Of a stretch of 43,658 nt of DNA, positions 33,370 through 41,370 are shown piece after piece. The notes below the pieces were generated by a model. The model ran no database searches, was not told where the DNA came from, and was given only the letters and a program-made list of their open reading frames with translations. Origin of the DNA: a virus. A program made the position numbers and the translations under genes. Position 1 is the stretch's first letter, and each line of letters opens with the position of its first letter. The DNA lies in the IMG/VR virus record IMGVR_UViG_3300017698_000020, positions 1 to 43,658 of that record, one strand, 5' to 3'.

Positions 33370-35030
33370 GCGAGCCCCATTTGTCGCATCATCTGAGTCA
33401 GGCCGTTCTCTGACCCGGTATCAGTCTCGCTCAGGAGTTTAGCACCCTGGGCAGCTTGTTGCGCCATCTCCATCTGCTGCTGAGCCTGCTGTGCCGCGGC
33501 TCGCTGCTCGCGAATCTGTGCCACGTCCTCGTCGCTGCGGATGATGTCGGGCGGCGCACTGACGGCTTGACTGTACTGATCGACCGTCTGATCCAGGTTG
33601 ATCTTGTCCAGCACTGTCGGGTCGGCCCCGGCCAGGTTGCCGACGAAGGAGCTGATGCGCTCGATCGCACCGACGCCCACCAGCTTCTGCGCTTGAGCCA
33701 TGACGCTGATGTACTCGACGCGCAGCTCCATGCCCTGCAGCTCCTCGGGAGGCGGCGGCAGGTGGCCGTTGCGCATCATGATGCCGAACACGCGGTCGAT
33801 GAACGGGTCGAGCAGTTCGGTGTGCAGGCGCTCGATTACCGGCCCCAGCATCAACAGCTTCTCTTCGTGGCGCTCCTGTATCTCGCGCGCAGTGATGTTG
33901 CTGCGCGTGTCGTTCTGCATCATCGCAAACAGGTCGGCGAAGAACAGGCGCAGGATGCGCTGCTGGTGCGCATCGATGTCTTCCAGCAGTGCGTTCACCG
34001 GCAGGTTGATCTGCTGGCTTGGCGCGGCCACGCCGTTGACGCCGGTTGTCGCGTCGTAATAGTTGATCGCCCCGGGCGTCAGCTTGAACGGCGTATTGCG
34101 CGAGGAACTCGGCACGTTCATCGGCGGGTTGATCATCTTCTCGACCGCCTGCGCCTTCTTCTTCTGCATCACCTGCAGTGCGCGACTGGTGCCGACCGCA
34201 GCGTTGCCCGGCCCGTAGCCGTAGACATCCTCGCCAAGCACGTCCCAGCGCGGCGCCATCACAGGGAACTCATCGAAGCCCGACTCGCTCAGCAGGTCGC
34301 CACCCTTGGCACCCACCTCGTAGTAACAGCTCCGGAACGGCTTGTTCTTGGAGTCAGCCTTGCTGGCGTCGCGCTCGTCGTTGGGCTCGATGACATGCAC
34401 CACATCAACCCACTGATCCAGGTTGCCATTCTCATACTGCGTCTTGGTGGCATGACACACCTTGTCCATGCCGAACTGATCGACCACCTGGCGCACCGTC
34501 ATGCGCAGCTCGCGGTACAGGGTGTCTACCTCCATGCGATACGAGCACGCCAGGTAGTAGCTGCCGATGGTCAGCGGGATGACACGGAAGATGCTTTCAT
34601 CGTCCTCGACCACGATGATGGCGGACGTGGAGAACGTGCCAAGCTCAGTGTAGAGCTGGTGCAGCCCGTTGTATGAATTGGACTGGCTGATCGCGGTACG
34701 CATGCGGCGCTCGACTTCATAGAGCCACATCTTCACCGCGCCGGACTCCATTAGCGACGGGTCGGGCACCTCGAGCTTGAACCACGGTCGCGCCGGGGAA
34801 GTGATGCCGGCCATCATGCCTGACGCCAGCGTGCGGCTGGCAATGTAAGGCGTCTCGTCCACGATGGCGGTATTGCGGCGCGTCCCCTTGTTGGTGTCGG
34901 ACACACAGAACCGAGAACGCCACGGCTGAATGTACGTGCTGATGTCACGCCATTCATCCTCCCAGCCAGAGCGCTCAGTCTTCAGTGCCTTCAGGCGCTT
35001 ATCGAAGCGCTGCCGTTTCGTCTCGGCCAT
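33366..35030 (-). CDS. Portal (head-to-tail connector) protein, 554 aa
   Basis: Size and position downstream of the terminase support the call. The N-terminus MAETKRQRFDKRLKALKTERSGWEDEWRDISTYIQPWRSRF fits podovirus connector proteins (from memory). It has a Gln-rich acidic C-terminus. Confidence 0.8.
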   Translation of the reverse strand: MAETKRQRFDKRLKALKTERSGWEDEWRDISTYIQPWRSRFCVSDTNKGTRRNTAIVDETPYIASRTLASGMMAGITSPARPWFKLEVPDPSLMESGAVKMWLYEVERRMRTAISQSNSYNGLHQLYTELGTFSTSAIIVVEDDESIFRVIPLTIGSYYLACSYRMEVDTLYRELRMTVRQVVDQFGMDKVCHATKTQYENGNLDQWVDVVHVIEPNDERDASKADSKNKPFRSCYYEVGAKGGDLLSESGFDEFPVMAPRWDVLGEDVYGYGPGNAAVGTSRALQVMQKKKAQAVEKMINPPMNVPSSSRNTPFKLTPGAINYYDATTGVNGVAAPSQQINLPVNALLEDIDAHQQRILRLFFADLFAMMQNDTRSNITAREIQERHEEKLLMLGPVIERLHTELLDPFIDRVFGIMMRNGHLPPPPEELQGMELRVEYISVMAQAQKLVGVGAIERISSFVGNLAGADPTVLDKINLDQTVDQYSQAVSAPPDIIRSDEDVAQIREQRAAAQQAQQQMEMAQQAAQGAKLLSETDTGSENGLTQMMRQMGLA

Positions 35031-35032
35031 GA

Positions 35033-35239
35033 TTATTGCCCCAGCAGAGTCTTGCCTTGCGCCTGGGATTCGCTGGCGCCCTGGCTGCCGGTCAAGATGG
35101 TGGAAGATTGGCCACCAGCAGCAGCACGACGACGACGCGCATCATCCCCTGCAGCTTGTGCCTCTTGATTCTGCTCGGGTGCTACCGGCGCGGGCGGCGC
35201 AGGCGTTGCTTCAGGGACGCTCGGAGATGATCCGCACAT
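35033..35239 (-). CDS. Small Pro/Ala/Gln-rich basic protein, 68 aa
   Basis: A GAGG SD lies 7 nt upstream. The ORF abuts the portal start. The function is unknown. Confidence 0.5.
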   Translation of the reverse strand: MCGSSPSVPEATPAPPAPVAPEQNQEAQAAGDDARRRRAAAGGQSSTILTGSQGASESQAQGKTLLGQ

Positions 35240-35280
35240 AGTCTGACCTCATTGGTGGCTTCGCGTGCAAGTATTGCGGA

Positions 35281-35309
35281 TAGCACAAAGCCCCGCAAGT
35301 TGCGAGGCT
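35281..35309 (-). terminator. Possible weak terminator between the terminase unit and the head genes
   Basis: The minus-strand RNA is AGCCUCGCA-ACU-UGCGGGGCU (one G-U pair), followed by the poor U-tract UUGUGCUA. Confidence 0.35.
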
Positions 35310-35331
35310 TCGATGATAACAGGCTTTCCGG

Positions 35332-35532
35332 CTAGTAGGTGCGAGGGCTTGGCGGCACCTTGCCTTTTGCGCCGGGCAGTGGCATTGCCAGAACAGTAGC
35401 TGGCGGCTTGCTGGTGGCCTTGCGCTTACCAGTGCGAGTCGCTGGCTTGGCGTGCCGCATCGTCTCCTTCCAGCAGGAGTGGAAGACGAAGGCTGCGCCG
35501 GCCACGGCGATGATCAGCTCAAGATGATTCAT
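35332..35532 (-). CDS. Small membrane protein, about 66 aa
   Basis: The ATG at 35532 follows a GAGGTGG SD. It has the TM segment LELIIAVAGAAFVFHSCW and then a basic tail. Confidence 0.5.
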   Translation of the reverse strand: MNHLELIIAVAGAAFVFHSCWKETMRHAKPATRTGKRKATSKPPATVLAMPLPGAKGKVPPSPRTY

Positions 35533-35842
35533 GCGCCACCTCATAGGTTGCGTCGAAGATGTCAGGCTTGCACGGGTAGTATTCACCCTTCACGCCACGA
35601 ATGATCCAGTCGCCAACGTCGGCCCGCATGATGCCTTCCAGTGTTTCAATCTCAATCACGTCGCGGCCAGACGGGTTGCCATCCTCGGGAATTGTGCGCC
35701 CTCTCAGCACCTCCACTCCCATGAACTTGGCTATCTCCATCGAGTTGTACTCGACGGCATCACCATACTTGCAGGGCAATCGTGACACCTCACGGAACTG
35801 CACCGCCTCGATAACGACAGGTTTCTTGCGATACATCGTCAT
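35519..35842 (-). CDS. PGDYG-like small phage protein, 107 aa
   Basis: KKPVVIEAVQF...VGDWIIRGVKGEYYPCKPDIFDATYE resembles the PGDYG-domain family pattern (from memory). Confidence 0.5.
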   Translation of the reverse strand: MTMYRKKPVVIEAVQFREVSRLPCKYGDAVEYNSMEIAKFMGVEVLRGRTIPEDGNPSGRDVIEIETLEGIMRADVGDWIIRGVKGEYYPCKPDIFDATYEVAHESS

Positions 35843-35845
35843 GCG

Positions 35846-37315
35846 TCACCCCCAAGGGTCGAAGTCAGTGTCGGCAACAGGTTGCTGCTGTCCTCTCATT
35901 GTAGCTCGCGGCGCCACCGGGTGCGCGAAGGTCAGCGCCAACGCATCAGCCCTGTTCGGTGACGGTATCCCGCGCTTCTTCATCTCGTCCTTTGACTCGA
36001 GCACGATCTTGCCGTCGAGCTTCACCTTGTACTCGGGCGCCGTTATCTCGTCGGCCGTTAACTGGTCATCGATCGAGCCGCCATCCTTCAGCCATGTCTT
36101 GAGCGCGTTCCACATCTCGCCACGCTTGTTGACCATTTGCGGGTCGGTCGACTTGCCGCCGAACGGTACCAGTTGCCACTGCCGGCCCCAGGTATCGCCC
36201 ACCGACTTGATGCCGTTGCCGTACCCGAAGTCGATGAATACGGCGTCAGCGCCCCATTGATCCTGCAGGTTGGCGATGATGCTGGCACTCAGCACATCGT
36301 CGTCAGTCTTCTGGTAGGTGCCGATCAGCTTGGAGAACAGGCCTTGCCGCATGTAGATCGCCATCTCATCTGACCCAGTGTATGCGGGGTCGACGCCCAG
36401 GATGATGGCGGCATGCTTCACCTGATCCTGCACGATGGTGCGGTCGATCGCCTCATCCACCAGGTCTTGCCCGATGAACTGGATGTCGGATGCCGACGGG
36501 AACAGGCCACGCACGCGCACCTTGAAGAAGTCAGAGTTGGCGCCGTAGTCGTCTTCCCATTGCTTGATCAGCTTCTTGTTGGTCATCCGCGCCTGGCGGC
36601 TATCCACCTGGCGATTGTTCCAGCGATGCTTGAACTTGCGGAAGCACTCGCGGAAGCGGCCGGTGTTACGTGTCGGGTTGCCGAACACGAACCAGAAGGG
36701 CTCGCCATCGGTCAGGCCACCTTCGGCCACCTCCCATATCTTGTCGGGCACCGCGGATGCCTCATCGAACAGATACCACGGCGAAGAGTTGGCGGCGTGC
36801 AGGCCGGCGAAGGACTCGCTGTTCTCCTCGCGGCACGTCTGCCCATCCACCCGCCAGCTCTCGGGGAACTCAGGATGGTACAGATTCATGTTCCCCTTGC
36901 CGTTGTTGTAGGTGAACCAGTGCCCGCAGATGCACCGCTTCAGCCACTTGCCCAGCTCGCCCCAGGTCTTCGTCTTCAACTGCTCGCTGGTATTGGCCGT
37001 GACCACTCCCTTGCTGTGCGGCCGCGTCGCCATGATGAAGATGATCACCCACGACGACAGCGCCGACTTGCCGATGCCGTGCCCGGACGACGTAGCGTCA
37101 CGGTACGCATCAACAGGGTCGACGCCATTGAAGTCGTTCGCACGAATAGCCTTGCCCCAATCGACCAGGAAGTCGCGCTGCCAATCGTCTGGCCCGTCGT
37201 GACCCTTCAGGTCGCCCTGACCCCAGTCGAAGGCATAGAGCACGAAACCCAGAGGATCATAGAAGAAGCCGCCGACATCATTGGCCAGCGCTTCCTCGAA
37301 CTCAGCCGGTGTCAT
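35846..37315 (-). CDS. terL: Terminase large subunit, 489 aa
   Basis: It has Walker A SSGHGIGKSAL, Walker B WYLFDEAS, and nuclease motifs LGVDPAYTGSDE and IPSPNRADAL. The ATG at 37315 shares 1 nt with the upstream TGA. Confidence 0.92.
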   Translation of the reverse strand: MTPAEFEEALANDVGGFFYDPLGFVLYAFDWGQGDLKGHDGPDDWQRDFLVDWGKAIRANDFNGVDPVDAYRDATSSGHGIGKSALSSWVIIFIMATRPHSKGVVTANTSEQLKTKTWGELGKWLKRCICGHWFTYNNGKGNMNLYHPEFPESWRVDGQTCREENSESFAGLHAANSSPWYLFDEASAVPDKIWEVAEGGLTDGEPFWFVFGNPTRNTGRFRECFRKFKHRWNNRQVDSRQARMTNKKLIKQWEDDYGANSDFFKVRVRGLFPSASDIQFIGQDLVDEAIDRTIVQDQVKHAAIILGVDPAYTGSDEMAIYMRQGLFSKLIGTYQKTDDDVLSASIIANLQDQWGADAVFIDFGYGNGIKSVGDTWGRQWQLVPFGGKSTDPQMVNKRGEMWNALKTWLKDGGSIDDQLTADEITAPEYKVKLDGKIVLESKDEMKKRGIPSPNRADALALTFAHPVAPRATMRGQQQPVADTDFDPWG

Positions 37316-37542
37316 CAATCACCCCCGGTCAGCGCCTTGCTCAACCCGAGAATCATTGCGATAGCCGCGTGCTCGCCCTGCTCGCGAAGCAATGATGCAA
37401 TAGAGTCGCCGGCAGCCGTGATGGCCTCAGACTCTTCAGCCGGCAGCTCGGTCAGCGCGCCCTTCACCATCAGCGCCGCCATTTGAGTCTGCTTCACTTC
37501 TTTTGCATCCATTCCCAGGTGCTCAGGATTCATTGCTTTCAT
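37315..37542 (-). CDS. Hypothetical protein, 75 aa, between terS and terL
   Basis: The ORF overlaps the terS 3' end by 20 nt and is coupled to terL. Confidence 0.5.
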   Translation of the reverse strand: MKAMNPEHLGMDAKEVKQTQMAALMVKGALTELPAEESEAITAAGDSIASLLREQGEHAAIAMILGLSKALTGGD

Positions 37543-38083
37543 TGCCGACCCCCTTGATTGCCTCGCGTGCCCGCTCGCGCCCAGTCAGCAGGCGGCTGGC
37601 AGCATTCTCGGTGACTTCATGCTCGACCTTATCCTTGAAGGCCTGGATGTCTACGTGACGACCCACCATCTCGAGCGCCTTCAGCGGATCAGTCCGCTTG
37701 ATCTTCTTGATCAGCGCAGGCGGCGCGCCCTCCATCACCAGCTCGTTTACATCCATCCCGGCGATGACCATACCTGCACCTGGCGGCCACTCGCTCGGCG
37801 GCATGACGTTGCCCTGCTCATCGATCAGGTCGGTCAGGTCGAATGATGCGTGCATCACCGCCATCTTGAGCACCCAGTCGGCATTCACCTGCAGGCGTTC
37901 ATTGCGCTCGCCTATCAATTCTGCTAATCGAGCCTTGATTTTATCATTCTTGAGCAAGCGACAGGCCTGCTGCCCAGCAGACCGCTTGGCATACCCTGCA
38001 GCCAGCGCTGCTTTTGTTGCATTAAAATCAATGAGATAGTTGCGACAGAACGACTCTTGCCGCTCCTCGAGGACGGTCGTCAT
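37523..38083 (-). CDS. terS: Terminase small subunit (Terminase_2-like), 186 aa
   Basis: QESFCRNYLIDFNATKAALAAGYAKRSAGQQACRLLKNDKIKARL is the typical Terminase_2 N-terminal HTH signature. Confidence 0.85.
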   Translation of the reverse strand: MTTVLEERQESFCRNYLIDFNATKAALAAGYAKRSAGQQACRLLKNDKIKARLAELIGERNERLQVNADWVLKMAVMHASFDLTDLIDEQGNVMPPSEWPPGAGMVIAGMDVNELVMEGAPPALIKKIKRTDPLKALEMVGRHVDIQAFKDKVEHEVTENAASRLLTGRERAREAIKGVGNESNES

Positions 38084-38337
38084 CTGCTTGCCCCCTTATC
38101 ATAGGTTGTTAACACCCAGGCACGCAGCTCAGCGATCCACCGATGCCCTTCCTTCATGCCCGCCTCAATCATCGAAGCTACCACGGCGATAGGCATCAGC
38201 AGCATGGTGATCAGCACCATCATGGCCACGCCGAACCACCGGGGAAGACTCATTGAGCGCAGCCAGGCCCGCTCCCATATCCTGCTTGTGCGCCGCGCCA
38301 CACGCTTGCGCAAGCACTTCAGTAGCTGAATCAGCAT
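38080..38337 (-). CDS. Membrane protein, 85 aa
   Basis: It has its own GAGGTGG SD 7 nt upstream of the ATG at 38337. Its stop overlaps the terS ATG (ATGA). It has the TM segment WFGVAMMVLITMLLMPIAVVASMI. GC3 is high in this frame. Confidence 0.6.
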   Translation of the reverse strand: MLIQLLKCLRKRVARRTSRIWERAWLRSMSLPRWFGVAMMVLITMLLMPIAVVASMIEAGMKEGHRWIAELRAWVLTTYDKGASR

Positions 38338-38443
38338 GACACCACCTCGCTATTCTTCTTGATGCCCACCATACCACCAGCCCCGCCATAAAGATCAGCG
38401 GGGACAGGTAGACGATCAATACGTATGCCAGACCGACGCTCAT
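38165..38443 (-). CDS. Possible small TM protein whose 3' two-thirds overlap the next gene out of frame
   Basis: The ATG at 38443 shares 1 nt with the upstream TGA. The N-terminal 28 aa form a TM helix (SVGLAYVLIVYLSPLIFMAGLVVWW). The remainder has poor GC3 and lies over 38165-38337. Confidence 0.3.
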   Translation of the reverse strand: MSVGLAYVLIVYLSPLIFMAGLVVWWASRRIARWCHADSATEVLAQACGAAHKQDMGAGLAALNESSPVVRRGHDGADHHAADAYRRGSFDD

Positions 38444-38646
38444 CAATCCCCCTCGGCCTCATGATGGCCATCGGCGATTATCTCATCCGCCAGCTTCTCG
38501 GCAGCGGACACGAAGTCAGACCATGCAGCCATCGACAGACCCTTGCTGTACTGGTCTCCGGTACGCCGGTACGTCTCGCGCGCTGTCTTGTGTTCGTGGC
38601 GAGCCTTGGCCAGCGCCCGCGCAGCTTCACTCGATACCATGATCAT
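38443..38646 (-). CDS. Hypothetical protein, 67 aa
   Basis: An ORF in the coupled small-gene array. It looks helical and has no recognised motif. Confidence 0.5.
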   Translation of the reverse strand: MIMVSSEAARALAKARHEHKTARETYRRTGDQYSKGLSMAAWSDFVSAAEKLADEIIADGHHEAEGD

Positions 38647-39088
38647 CGCTGAACATCTCCCCCAGCCGTTGACGCATTATGTCGAAGTGCATGTACTGCT
38701 GACGGATCGACTCATTGCGCATTGCCTGAGTCTTGCGAGCCTGCAGTTGCGACCACCCCCACCCGATGCGCTCATAAATATCGAGGAAGCCTGGCTCGTA
38801 CTCGGGAAGCTCAGCAAAGCTGTCGGGCAGTGCCGGCAGGCAGTAGTCCATCGCCAGCACGGATGTCGGCGCCTTGCTTGGCGTGAACTCAGGCAGCATC
38901 TGGCGGCCATGCCGTGTCGCCCAGAGCATCTGGCCGCTGCAGTCGTAGAAGATTGCCATGCCGCCTGACGCTTCCATCATGTCCTTGGCAAGCTCATACA
39001 GACTCGGGCGCTCAATGCCGCGATACTCATCGAACACGCCCTGCCATGCGACCACTTCCTCAATCCCAGTGTTTCGCTTACCGATCAT
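38627..39088 (-). CDS. Hypothetical protein, 153 aa
   Basis: An ORF in the coupled array. No motif recognised. Confidence 0.55.
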   Translation of the reverse strand: MIGKRNTGIEEVVAWQGVFDEYRGIERPSLYELAKDMMEASGGMAIFYDCSGQMLWATRHGRQMLPEFTPSKAPTSVLAMDYCLPALPDSFAELPEYEPGFLDIYERIGWGWSQLQARKTQAMRNESIRQQYMHFDIMRQRLGEMFSDDHGIE

Positions 39089-39377
39089 GATTCACCCTCC
39101 CCTGCCCGAAGCGGAACATGCCGATCTTCCACGGCGTCTTGCGCTTCACCATCACGCAGGTGCCAGTCGCGGCCTCGAGCTCAGCCAGGTCGGACACGTC
39201 CTCGCGGTATGGCGTGCTGTGCCGATCGACTTCAGCATAGAGCGCCTGCCGACCGATTGCCGCTGCGCCCTTGCGCTTGACCTCCTCAGCATCAACGCAG
39301 ACCTTGCCCGGCTCATCATGATAGGCGGCCTGCAGGTACCCGAGCATTCTCTTGAGTCGCTGTTCTGTGCGTGTCAT
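39078..39377 (-). CDS. Hypothetical protein, 99 aa
   Basis: The start overlaps the upstream stop (ATGA at 39374-39377). Confidence 0.5.
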   Translation of the reverse strand: MTRTEQRLKRMLGYLQAAYHDEPGKVCVDAEEVKRKGAAAIGRQALYAEVDRHSTPYREDVSDLAELEAATGTCVMVKRKTPWKIGMFRFGQGRVNHDR

Positions 39378-39628
39378 GACGAAAACTCCGTGATACCAAT
39401 TGCATTGACCTCCTCATGCTCAGCCAGATCGCCACAGAAGCCACCCGCAGGCTCAATGACCAGCTTTACTACCAGGTGTCCAGAACGACCAACGATGGCC
39501 TCGCAAGCAACAGGAGCACTCTTGTCGCCCGATACGTGAGCCTCTATAAGCGGACTCATCATGTTGGAGAACGTCTGCTGCAGGACTGCCGGATTCACCC
39601 CAACCTTGATTGCCTTGATCTTTCCCAT
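39374..39628 (-). CDS. Hypothetical protein, 84 aa
   Basis: A GAGGTGAGG SD lies upstream of the ATG at 39628. Confidence 0.5.
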   Translation of the reverse strand: MGKIKAIKVGVNPAVLQQTFSNMMSPLIEAHVSGDKSAPVACEAIVGRSGHLVVKLVIEPAGGFCGDLAEHEEVNAIGITEFSS

Positions 39629-39644
39629 GCCTCACCTCGTCTTA

Positions 39645-39857
39645 TCAGTATTCAAAATCAACCTTAAAATCGACGCTGCATTTCGGGCATGTCACGTCAA
39701 CGTTGGTCGTCCATCTTGTGTCGCGCTCGCAAACATCAAACGTTCGGTCAGACAATGCGTCGTTAACCCAGTCCTGTTCAAACAGGTCGATGGCTTCGCC
39801 GCATTCTGGGCACTCGGTGTCGAGCGATATGCGCCAGGTGGCTTTCGGGTTGCTCAT
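39645..39857 (-). CDS. Zinc-ribbon protein, 70 aa
   Basis: It has CPEC...CPKC cysteine pairs. The start overlaps the upstream stop (ATGA). Confidence 0.6.
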   Translation of the reverse strand: MSNPKATWRISLDTECPECGEAIDLFEQDWVNDALSDRTFDVCERDTRWTTNVDVTCPKCSVDFKVDFEY

Positions 39858-40447
39858 GATTCGCCCTCCGCCTGCTTGCGGTATTTGGCGATCAGTTCAG
39901 CGATCCTTTCGCGGCAGTGACCGGCACCCATAGCCTTGTTGGCATAGTTGACGCCATCACCAACGACCATCTCGTCGCCGTCGCCATCAGCCTCGGTGTG
40001 CCTGTATGCCATATCTCGCTGCCCCAGCTCGATAGTCAAGCACGCACGGCATGCTTCAGTCATGGCCTCAGCCTTCATGCGGGCGTCGCGGCGTGCGAGG
40101 TAATCAATACCGCCTGATGCCCAGTCGATAAATTCCTGCACGGTTTCTGGCCTTGGGCCACCATGATATGCGGGCGCGTCTATAAGCCGGCTCATCAAGT
40201 TCTTTGCCGAAGCCTCCCGTGCCGCCAGCGCATCCCGACCTTCCCGCAGCTCGGCGTGGCCATCATCAAGCTCGGCCTGGAGCGCGGCGTTGTTCTCGCG
40301 CAGCGTCTTGATCTCAGCGGCCTGGCGCTCGAACAGTCCAGCGGCAGCCTCGATCTCGCGGGCAGTCTGCTCATGCCCGGCCTTGCGTGCCGTCTCGGCG
40401 TCGTCGCGCCATGCGGCGATCAGTGTGTCTGTCTGCAAATGGTTCAT
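39854..40447 (-). CDS. Hypothetical coiled-coil protein, 197 aa
   Basis: The ATG at 40447 overlaps the upstream TGA (ATGA). The central coiled coil is EIKTLRENNAALQAELDD. Confidence 0.55.
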   Translation of the reverse strand: MNHLQTDTLIAAWRDDAETARKAGHEQTAREIEAAAGLFERQAAEIKTLRENNAALQAELDDGHAELREGRDALAAREASAKNLMSRLIDAPAYHGGPRPETVQEFIDWASGGIDYLARRDARMKAEAMTEACRACLTIELGQRDMAYRHTEADGDGDEMVVGDGVNYANKAMGAGHCRERIAELIAKYRKQAEGES

Positions 40448-40770
40448 GCTGTCTTGCTCCTGAGTTGTTCGATGTAGCTCACACCCTTGGCCATGTCGGC
40501 ATCGTGCCAACCCGCCAGCCATCGCCAGTAGCCAAGGCTGATCGAGTATGGCGGCCGCTTCTCCAGTCCCGCTATGCGCGCTGCATAGCCCCTGTCGTAT
40601 GCCTCGCCTTCATTGCCGCGTGCGACCTTAATGCTCAGGCGGCCGGCCTTCTTGTAGCAGGCCAGCTGCGTCTTGCCGATACGCGCGGCCACGTCCTCGA
40701 CACTGGCGCCGTCTGCATACATCTTGCGCAGCGTCTTCACCTGCCAGGTTGTCCATTCTTTTGATGACAT
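40444..40770 (-). CDS. HTH (GcrA/SANT-like) plus Rmf/CrpP-like domain fusion, 108 aa
   Basis: The N-terminal WTTWQVKTLRKMYADGASVEDVAARIGKTQLACYKKAGRL is HTH-like. The C-terminal RGYAARIAGLEKRPPYSISLGYWRWLAGWHDA parallels E. coli RMF RGYQAGIAGRSKEMCPYQTLNQRSQWLGGWREA. Confidence 0.65.
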   Translation of the reverse strand: MSSKEWTTWQVKTLRKMYADGASVEDVAARIGKTQLACYKKAGRLSIKVARGNEGEAYDRGYAARIAGLEKRPPYSISLGYWRWLAGWHDADMAKGVSYIEQLRSKTA

Positions 40771-40940
40771 CACTTGCCCCCTTTCACTTTTCGCGCCGGC
40801 CCGACCAGCGGCGGCTGATCCTCATCGCGATGCCACTCAATCCAGCGCCCGCAATCGCCGCACCACTTCAGGCTCAGGCTGGTCATCTCCACCAGGCGGG
40901 TTGATCCGCACTGGCACTGCTTGGTGGTTGGCCTGCTCAC
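40770..40940 (-). CDS. Small zinc-ribbon protein, 56 aa (not in ORF track)
   Basis: Hand translation gives (V)SRPTTKQCQCGSTRLVEMTSLSLKWCGDCGRWIEWHRDEDQPPLVGPARKVKGGK. The GTG start overlaps the upstream stop (GTGA), and its TGA shares 1 nt with the next ATG. Confidence 0.45.
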   Translation of the reverse strand: MSRPTTKQCQCGSTRLVEMTSLSLKWCGDCGRWIEWHRDEDQPPLVGPARKVKGGK

Positions 40941-41089
40941 TCGCCGCACCCCCGGCCGGTGTCCTCGGCCTTGCTTTCATCATCGGAGCCGGTCAGCACC
41001 ATGCCGGCCAGGCCGGCGGCGTACAGGCCGACACTCAGGAGTGCGACGGTTGCGTCGAAGGCGCTCAGCTTCATGATCAGATCAATCAT
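40937..41089 (-). CDS. Small single-TM protein, 50 aa (not in ORF track)
   Basis: Hand translation gives MIDLIMKLSAFDATVALLSVGLYAAGLAGMVLTGSDDESKAEDTGRGCGE. The ATG overlaps the upstream stop (ATGA). Confidence 0.45.
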   Translation of the reverse strand: MIDLIMKLSAFDATVALLSVGLYAAGLAGMVLTGSDDESKAEDTGRGCGE

Positions 41090-41322
41090 TGGCGGATGTC
41101 CTCCTCGAGCACGCTATCGACACCAGCGCAGACCCAGCGGAAGGCGCGGCGAACAGCGAGGAAGGTCAGGTAACAGGTGCCGGCAGCGGCAGCGGCGCAG
41201 GCAAGATAGGCAACGATCCAGCCCAGCAGAGTGAAGTAGGTGATGGTCGCCTGCAGCTTCGCGTCCATGATGCCGTGCTGCTGGACAATCTCGTTTGCAA
41301 TTTGATCGGGCCAGACGTTCAT
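41086..41322 (-). CDS. Small membrane protein, 78 aa
   Basis: The ATG at 41322 follows a GAGGA SD 8 nt upstream, downstream of P3. The TM segment is ATITYFTLLGWIVAYLACAAAAAGTCYLTFLAV. Confidence 0.55.
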   Translation of the reverse strand: MNVWPDQIANEIVQQHGIMDAKLQATITYFTLLGWIVAYLACAAAAAGTCYLTFLAVRRAFRWVCAGVDSVLEEDIRQ

Positions 41323-41370
41323 GATGGGTATCCTCGGGGGTGTGTTGTGCTGCCGTGTTGGCATATCCAG

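Noticed and set aside
38338-38352. A programmed +1 frameshift joining ORF A (38443 start) to ORF B (38337 start).
   Set aside because: The B frame has a TAG at 38352-38350, leaving only a 4-codon window. ORF B has its own strong SD (GAGGTGG) and ATG, so independent initiation explains it.
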